From a virus (Duplodnaviria; Caudoviricetes), in IMG/VR virus record IMGVR_UViG_3300005764_000055, positions 1 through 31,307 of that record: DNA of 31,307 nt. One strand, written 5' to 3'. Of the stretch, positions 26,022 to 31,307 are shown in pieces. Under the pieces are notes generated by a model. It saw only the letters and a program-made list of their open reading frames with translations, did not search any database and was not told the origin of the DNA. Each line of letters begins with the position of its first letter. Within the stretch, counting starts at the first letter, position 1. A program made the position numbers and the translations under genes.

Positions 26022-28778
26022 CTATTCCTCGTTGATCTCCGCGCCTGTCGTGGCTCCATCCTCGCCCCTTATCAGCTTGAGGATGCGCTTGCGCTTCGCT
26101 GGTCCGTGCTCGATGGTCAAATGCAGGTGCGCAGTCGGCGGTGCGGGAGCGGCGGCTTCCTTTGCCGCTGATTTGCTTGCGCCGCCGTTAGGTTTTCCGT
26201 TCGGCTTGTTCTTCTGCGCGGCGACACGCTCCTGTGATTTCAGCCCGGCTGAATGCTGGCGTTCCTGCGCTTTGATCTGCGCATTCTTTTGCTCGCCCTG
26301 TGAGCGCTGCTGCTGTGCGCCCTGCGTCATTGCGTGGCGGTGTTGCTGCTCCGCCTGCACCATGGCATTAGTGTGCTGTTGTCCCGCTTCGGTAACGTTG
26401 TGAGCGTGCTGCTGCGCTGCCTCATCCATAGCGTGACGGTGTTCGAGGTGCTGTTGCCGCATGGCGTGCCCGTGCTCCAGCCCTGTAATAAGCGCTTCGT
26501 GCATCCGGTCATCATCTTGCTGCCCGGCATCGTGGGCATGCTGCATCGCCTGCATCGCAGCTTCGCCTTGCTGCCGCTGTTGATCCTGTTCGGCTTCGCC
26601 CGGCGAGAGCAGGCTGTCGGCAGCTTCGCCCGCTTTCTGTCCTGCATCCGCGATGTTGCTGATGCCCTCGATCTGATCTTGGCTTTCGAGGGTCTGCGAG
26701 GGTTGGAGGCCAATCTCGGGCAGCAACTGATTCACGATGTCGGCTGGCATCTTGTCCATGGGCACTTGGATGTTGACGTTGATCTTCGGCGGCGGCGGTT
26801 CGGGCGGTCCCTGCTGCTCTGGGAGCAGGTAGTCGTCCGGGTTGCCGATCCCGCGAATGGTCGACAACTGGAAGCGGATGACCTTGCGGCGGTCCATCAC
26901 ATCCGGGTTCCCCATAGCTACTTGCGTGAGGTTCTGGGCTGCCTGCTGGCGCACCTCATCGTCCACGGCAAGATACGAGCCAGCCTCCGGCTCAACCTCG
27001 AAATCCTGCTGGATTTCCATCGGGTCAAGTTGAACTGCATACACCTTGTTGCCACTGTCACCCTTGAGTGCCCAGTCGGGCGGCGGTCCTTCAATTTGAC
27101 TGACGCGCTTGCGCAGTCCCTCACCCCAGTAGCGCTCCTCAATCGTCCAGCGCTGCGACTGGTCGCGTCCCTGCTGATTCATCCATAACTTTTTCTGCCC
27201 CAGTTCCCGCAGGTAGCGGTTACGCGAATCAAACTTGAATTGGGTCAGCGCGTCGGCAGCTTTGGACGCGAGCAGGGCGGTTGTCGCCGTCCTGCCCGCC
27301 TGCGGGTTGGCCGCAGTGCCCGTCTCGGTCGAGGTAAGCGACGGCTCGGCCAGCGACATCATCCGCATGATCTGCGCCTCGCGCTCGAATGCCCCCGTAG
27401 GCAGCGGCGGTTCCACCAGCGGCTTGACACCGTTAAGGTCCGCAACCTGCAACTCGCGGAACAGTCCGCGCACGATCACCTCGGGCTCGATGTTCACGCC
27501 CGTGCGCCGCAGGATGAAGGGCTTGAGCAGGTTGGTGATGTAATCAAAATTCTGCGCAACCGTGAGGTTGTGCATGTTGTACAGGTGGCGCAGCAGACGC
27601 GGCGTGGCATCGCCATAATGGGAAATTAAATCGGGCAGCGGTGTAAGGTCGGTGTACTGGTACTTGCCATACAGATCGAACTGGTACGGCATCCGCCCGA
27701 GACAGCGGTCGCGCCACTTTTCCGAGCACCACGTCGTGTATATCCTGCCGTCATCGCGATCCTGTGAATGCTGTTCCAAGATGTTGAACTTTTTGCGCGG
27801 GCGCAGATTGAGGGGAAGGTAATACTCCTGCTCGCGCTCGCGACCAATCGAAGCGTTAAACATATTGCGCAGGTCTTCGTTCGGTTCTTGGTCGCGCAGG
27901 TCGGAGTCGCCGCCAGTGTCAATCAGTTCCTGCAGCGCCTCGGGATCGAAGGCAGAGGTCTCCTCCCCCGTATCGGGGTCTTCATAAGTCATGCGCGACC
28001 ACTTCTGCAGCTGTAGGTCGTTCACCGTGTACTGCTCGATAGCAAACGAGGACATCGCGAGCGTGGGCGTGTTAGGTTCGAGGTAAAGATCGCCGTTGAA
28101 AATGAACTTTACGACCGGGCCATCGTATTGCTTCAATTCTTCGGGTACTTCGACCTCAGTGCCCGTCTTCGCCATGAACTTGGCGATCTCGTTGTCATCC
28201 ATCTCCGGGCCGTAATAGCCGATGGCTTCCTCGATCTCCGGCTCGCTCGCATTTTGCGACCTCATAATCGCGGCGCGGTTGCGGTAGATGACGTTGGAAC
28301 CTTTCATGATGGCGCGGCGGAATCTCATCATCCGCTTCAGCGTGTCCCAGTAGACCTTGCTGTATCCATTGCCGAGCGCTTCCGCCGCGAGCACGACGCG
28401 CACGTCGTGGAAGGCTTCATCGGAACGCGCATATTGCTGCATGGAGAGACCGGAGAGCATCTCGGCGGTGGTCGGGTCGCCCCCGATATAGCGCAGGCGA
28501 TAGGGGTTGGCTGTCATGCGCGCGGCGTTCTTGCGATAGATGATGTTCAGGTCGGGCATCGCCACGTTGGTGCGGCTCTTGTCCTCGGTCTGGGTCTCGA
28601 CTCCGGCGCGATCCCGCTTCATGATGGGCGCAGTCTTGCATTTGATCCCGCGCCAAACCTCTGTCCACTCGTCATAGAGGTTCTTACGCATCCACTTGCG
28701 GCTTTCGTTTCGCCGCTCGATGATGTCGGTCACCACTCGCTGCTCATTCGGCAGGAGCGGTTTCGGCTTGGCTGGCAT
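26022..28778 (-). CDS. Portal protein (P22-like) with long His-rich C-terminal extension (918 aa)
   Basis: Follows terminase; GNGYSKVYW, RTATT..L, DFEVE..AGS; helical barrel-like tail. Confidence 0.85.
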   Translation of the reverse strand: MPAKPKPLLPNEQRVVTDIIERRNESRKWMRKNLYDEWTEVWRGIKCKTAPIMKRDRAGVETQTEDKSRTNVAMPDLNIIYRKNAARMTANPYRLRYIGGDPTTAEMLSGLSMQQYARSDEAFHDVRVVLAAEALGNGYSKVYWDTLKRMMRFRRAIMKGSNVIYRNRAAIMRSQNASEPEIEEAIGYYGPEMDDNEIAKFMAKTGTEVEVPEELKQYDGPVVKFIFNGDLYLEPNTPTLAMSSFAIEQYTVNDLQLQKWSRMTYEDPDTGEETSAFDPEALQELIDTGGDSDLRDQEPNEDLRNMFNASIGREREQEYYLPLNLRPRKKFNILEQHSQDRDDGRIYTTWCSEKWRDRCLGRMPYQFDLYGKYQYTDLTPLPDLISHYGDATPRLLRHLYNMHNLTVAQNFDYITNLLKPFILRRTGVNIEPEVIVRGLFRELQVADLNGVKPLVEPPLPTGAFEREAQIMRMMSLAEPSLTSTETGTAANPQAGRTATTALLASKAADALTQFKFDSRNRYLRELGQKKLWMNQQGRDQSQRWTIEERYWGEGLRKRVSQIEGPPPDWALKGDSGNKVYAVQLDPMEIQQDFEVEPEAGSYLAVDDEVRQQAAQNLTQVAMGNPDVMDRRKVIRFQLSTIRGIGNPDDYLLPEQQGPPEPPPPKINVNIQVPMDKMPADIVNQLLPEIGLQPSQTLESQDQIEGISNIADAGQKAGEAADSLLSPGEAEQDQQRQQGEAAMQAMQHAHDAGQQDDDRMHEALITGLEHGHAMRQQHLEHRHAMDEAAQQHAHNVTEAGQQHTNAMVQAEQQHRHAMTQGAQQQRSQGEQKNAQIKAQERQHSAGLKSQERVAAQKNKPNGKPNGGASKSAAKEAAAPAPPTAHLHLTIEHGPAKRKRILKLIRGEDGATTGAEINEE

Positions 28779-28779
28779 A

Positions 28780-29850
28780 TCAGTAAGAGAATCCCCGCGC
28801 CATGGGCACAAAGCTGTCGTTGGCGCTGATGGTTTCGCGCGAGATATAGATCGGGTTTGACATCTCGATATAGCGCAGGTTGTCGGTCATGTGATTGCGG
28901 ACTTTCACAGGCTTGCCCGTGGGGTCTTGCCGCTCGATCTGCAGCGGGGTCAGTAGCTGGCGGCGGTTGGTTTTCAGCTGGTGAATGAGTTCCGGGCAGC
29001 GCTCTCCGAGGATGTGGATGCGGCTGGTGGGGTGATACTCGCCATCGTTCCCCATACGCTCAATCAGCTTCAGCCCCTCGTTCACGCATTCGACGCCGCT
29101 CTGGCGATCTTTCTTGGCATCATCGAAGTACGGTCGCCCCACGTCGAGGTCAATCATGTGCTTCTGGTAGCGCTGCTGGTAGTTTTCCTGCTCGGGATCG
29201 TCATTGGTTCCCTTCCCGAAACTACGGGCGGCATAGTCGATCACGCGCGCAAAGATTTCTTCCTCGTAAATCTCGCCCTTGTGGCGGTTCTCCGGGTTCT
29301 CGCCGGATTCGAGGTACTTGATGGTCTGCACGTACTCGCGGATGTTTGGCCCCTTTTCATCCTGTGGACATGGGCCGGGCTTGCCGTGGAGCATTCCTTG
29401 CTTCCATTCAAAGCAAACCTTGGAGGGCCATAGCTCGCGGTAGTACCAGCGCTCGCCCCATGGATCGGTCGCACACCACAGGAAAGCGTGCGGGATGCCG
29501 GGATGCGGGTCGACCGACATGCGGCGCGTCCAGTCGGGCGGAATCTCGCGAGTCGGCTCGACTGTCACCTTTTCGTTGAAGTTGAATAGCAGCGCACCCA
29601 GCGTTGCCTCGGCGTCGATCTCGTACTCCTTCAGGTAGAGCGTGGGGTCGGTCATGCGCTGGAAAGCAGCGAACGCCCATGGGGAAAGATGCTTGTTGAT
29701 CTCAGGCACGAAAGTTTTCGCGCCTTCGCCCTTGTCCGGGTCCGCTTCGTAGTGCAGGCGCAGGATGGTAATACCATGCGCGTTCTTCCACGAGGACATC
29801 CCTACATGCGGATGCTCAACCGGATTTTTCTCGGGCGGCTTATTCACCAA
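28780..29850 (-). CDS. terL: Terminase large subunit, C-terminal (lid/linker + RNase H nuclease) half only
   Basis: LHY.ADP, KEYEID, SVDPHP..PHA.LW, YREL, IDYAA, C..LI, NHMTDNLRY; no Walker A/B; in-frame stop upstream; TTG/GTG start after GAGGGG. Confidence 0.85.
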   Translation of the reverse strand: MVNKPPEKNPVEHPHVGMSSWKNAHGITILRLHYEADPDKGEGAKTFVPEINKHLSPWAFAAFQRMTDPTLYLKEYEIDAEATLGALLFNFNEKVTVEPTREIPPDWTRRMSVDPHPGIPHAFLWCATDPWGERWYYRELWPSKVCFEWKQGMLHGKPGPCPQDEKGPNIREYVQTIKYLESGENPENRHKGEIYEEEIFARVIDYAARSFGKGTNDDPEQENYQQRYQKHMIDLDVGRPYFDDAKKDRQSGVECVNEGLKLIERMGNDGEYHPTSRIHILGERCPELIHQLKTNRRQLLTPLQIERQDPTGKPVKVRNHMTDNLRYIEMSNPIYISRETISANDSFVPMARGFSY

Positions 29851-30031
29851 AGAACTGATCCCCTCTTTTCTTGGCGCGAATCGCGGGCAGTGAAAGCTCG
29901 CTGTGTTTCACCTTGTGCGGCTTGCCTGCGACGATTGCCGTCTTCAGGTTCGGCGCTGGGATGCCGTGGATGTGGCGGTACGCCGTCCACTTCCGGTATG
30001 CCTCTTTGGATTTGAAATGCTCAATCGGCAT
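29840..30031 (-). CDS. Small basic protein ending QFFGE
   Basis: 63 aa; MP...FKSKEAYRKW N-terminus; tight gene packing. Confidence 0.8.
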   Translation of the reverse strand: MPIEHFKSKEAYRKWTAYRHIHGIPAPNLKTAIVAGKPHKVKHSELSLPAIRAKKRGDQFFGE

Positions 30032-30034
30032 GGC

Positions 30035-30241
30035 TCATTCCCCATACAACGGGTCTTGTTCCTCGATGTGGATGCACTTGCCGCAGCGGAATTGCTGCGC
30101 GCCGGGCTGGGGGTCGTAGTCGTTGCAGCATCCCAGCTGCGAACTCACGCCACCTTTCACCGCGACGTGATTGCAGTCGGCATCCTTGCGAGCGCCGCGC
30201 AATTCCATGTAGTCGACCGACTCGGCAGAGACTCGCGACAT
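30035..30241 (-). CDS. Small Cys-rich protein ending PLYGE
   Basis: 68 aa; C...GCC...CGKC; GGAG RBS. Confidence 0.8.
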   Translation of the reverse strand: MSRVSAESVDYMELRGARKDADCNHVAVKGGVSSQLGCCNDYDPQPGAQQFRCGKCIHIEEQDPLYGE

Positions 30242-30883
30242 TTACTCTCCGAAGAACTGGCTCGGCTTTCTCGATCCCCGTGGCGGAGCTGCACGCCCGC
30301 CGCTGCTAGCAGCCGCTGCCTGTTGACCACCCGACCTAATGCCTGAAATCCCTAGGGGCTTTAGCCATCGCATGTTTGGGTTCGGCGGTCCCACGATTTT
30401 GACGTTTCGGCCAATGGTGGTGCCCGGATTCGCATCATTCCTGCCGAGCGCTGCGGAGCGAATGCTCGGATTCGCTGCGTTGATAGGACCGCGATCCGCT
30501 GCGGCCATGCCGAGCGGATTTTTCCCGCCCGTCCCAAGATTTGCCGGAGTGGTCTTCTTGGGCGGCGCAGCGGTGCTGCCCACAATGACCTTGGGCGCAG
30601 GCGCTGCAGTGCTGCCAACTATGGTCTTGCGAGGTGGCCCTGCGGTCGAGCCCACAATGGTCTTGTTAGGCGCAGTCTGGTAGCGCGGCGAGGTCGCAAC
30701 GGTTTTGATCGGTGCGCGCCCGGTAGGTCCGACAACAGTCTTGCGCGGTGGTTGTACTGGAAATGCCATGGTGTTGCCTCCTCGAAGTCGATTTGCCAAA
30801 TGCGGGCGCAGGTGCGCGGGAGTGTTGGGGGAAGCGTATGCTGCGCGCACACCCTGCATCATGTGCTCATGCTTGAACGCCAT
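30242..30883 (-). CDS. Basic Pro/Ala/Gly-rich repeat protein ending KPSQFFGE
   Basis: 213 aa from ATG 30883 (alternative start 30769 with GAGGAGG); KTIVGSTA repeats. Confidence 0.8.
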   Translation of the reverse strand: MAFKHEHMMQGVRAAYASPNTPAHLRPHLANRLRGGNTMAFPVQPPRKTVVGPTGRAPIKTVATSPRYQTAPNKTIVGSTAGPPRKTIVGSTAAPAPKVIVGSTAAPPKKTTPANLGTGGKNPLGMAAADRGPINAANPSIRSAALGRNDANPGTTIGRNVKIVGPPNPNMRWLKPLGISGIRSGGQQAAAASSGGRAAPPRGSRKPSQFFGE

Positions 30884-30885
30884 AA

Positions 30886-31122
30886 TCACTCTCCATAAAA
30901 CTGGCTGGGCTTGCTCTTGCTGCCGCCTGCAAATCCCAGCCTGCGCGCTTTGGCCTTGATCTTGGCTGCGAAGGCTGCGCCGTGGTGCATCTTCGCGAAG
31001 CCGATGGCTGCAGCAGCGTGCCGGGCGTCGGGCATGGGATAGGAACCCGTGCCCGATTTTCCCGGCACTCCCCGTTGCGATTTCGGAACTGCCTTCTTTG
31101 CGGACTCCGACAGGATTGCCAT
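30886..31122 (-). CDS. DUF6582-like small basic protein ending KPSQFYGE
   Basis: L....K...P.S...P....YPMPD.RHA..A pattern; GGAGGTGA RBS. Confidence 0.8.
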   Translation of the reverse strand: MAILSESAKKAVPKSQRGVPGKSGTGSYPMPDARHAAAAIGFAKMHHGAAFAAKIKAKARRLGFAGGSKSKPSQFYGE

Positions 31123-31125
31123 CGC

Positions 31126-31269
31126 TCACCTCCCGCCCAGCACTACGGCGAGCGCCCACAGGAACAATCCGAGGGGCACGAGACTCACCCGCGCGGGCTC
31201 GATGTGCAGCGCTGCCGCGAAGAACGACACCATGGCGAGAATCAACAGCACTAAGTGAATGGTTAGCAT
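31126..31269 (-). CDS. 47-aa protein with two hydrophobic segments (not in the ORF track)
   Basis: MLTIHLVLLILAMVSFFAAALHIEPARVSLVPLGLFLWALAVVLGGR; GGAGGT RBS. Confidence 0.75.
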   Translation of the reverse strand: MLTIHLVLLILAMVSFFAAALHIEPARVSLVPLGLFLWALAVVLGGR

Positions 31270-31271
31270 GA

Positions 31272-31307
31272 TTACCTCCGGGTTTCGTGATGGAACCAGC
31301 CCACCTC
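31272..31307 (-). CDS. 3' end of an upstream gene (..EVGWFHHETRR*), possibly the terminase ATPase half
   Basis: Only 12 codons visible; stop lies 2 nt before the next ATG. Confidence 0.35.
   Translation of the reverse strand, partial: EVGWFHHETRR

Larger units (their letters stand above)
1..31307. mobile_element. Temperate podovirus-like bacteriophage (partial genome, attP intact)
   Basis: Integrase, attP and an ordered terminase-portal-scaffold-capsid-adaptor-nozzle-ejection gene set; no tape-measure or tail-tube gene; no host housekeeping genes. Confidence 0.93.

Noticed and set aside
5942-30959. Numerous long plus-strand ORFs within the late operon (e.g. 18961-20016, 26334-27188, 22184-22912)
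   Set aside because: Antisense shadows of GC-rich genes with no recognisable motifs
30884-31159. N-terminal extension of the 305-aa ORF
   Set aside because: It overlaps the better-supported 78-aa gene; the real start is 30883 or 30769
29851-31271. Self-splicing intron or split intein rejoining terL
   Set aside because: The interval is fully packed with RBS-bearing genes; no homing endonuclease or RT; no intein terminal motifs seen

Overview
About 31 kb of a temperate, short-tailed (podovirus-type) dsDNA phage. It is most likely in its free/excised form, because an intact attP (3' end of a tRNA-Ala with repeats on both sides) has phage genes on both flanks. The host is probably Acidobacteriota, inferred from recall of this integrase type and not confirmed by any search. 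Left to right: nuclease-fold gene, xis-like gene, integrase, attP, and a small accessory cluster (2.6-5.5 kb). A single minus-strand late operon follows, reading from 31.3 kb down to 5.5 kb: terminase nuclease half, portal, four structural genes, scaffold, major capsid, GT2 glycosyltransferase, CBM-decorated adaptor, nozzle, FN3 protein, GNAT-like protein and ejection proteins, including a 1433-aa protein with zeta-toxin-like kinase and ParB domains. Two observations stand out. (1) The large terminase appears split, and directly upstream of its nuclease half lie four unrelated small genes that all end in the same C-terminal [FL]-[FY]-G-E-stop motif, a candidate cargo/capsid-targeting tag. (2) A promoter-hairpin-terminator unit next to attP would make a ~77-nt RNA with 13 nt perfectly complementary to the integrase ribosome-binding site. 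All family assignments come from motif recognition by eye; no searches were run.
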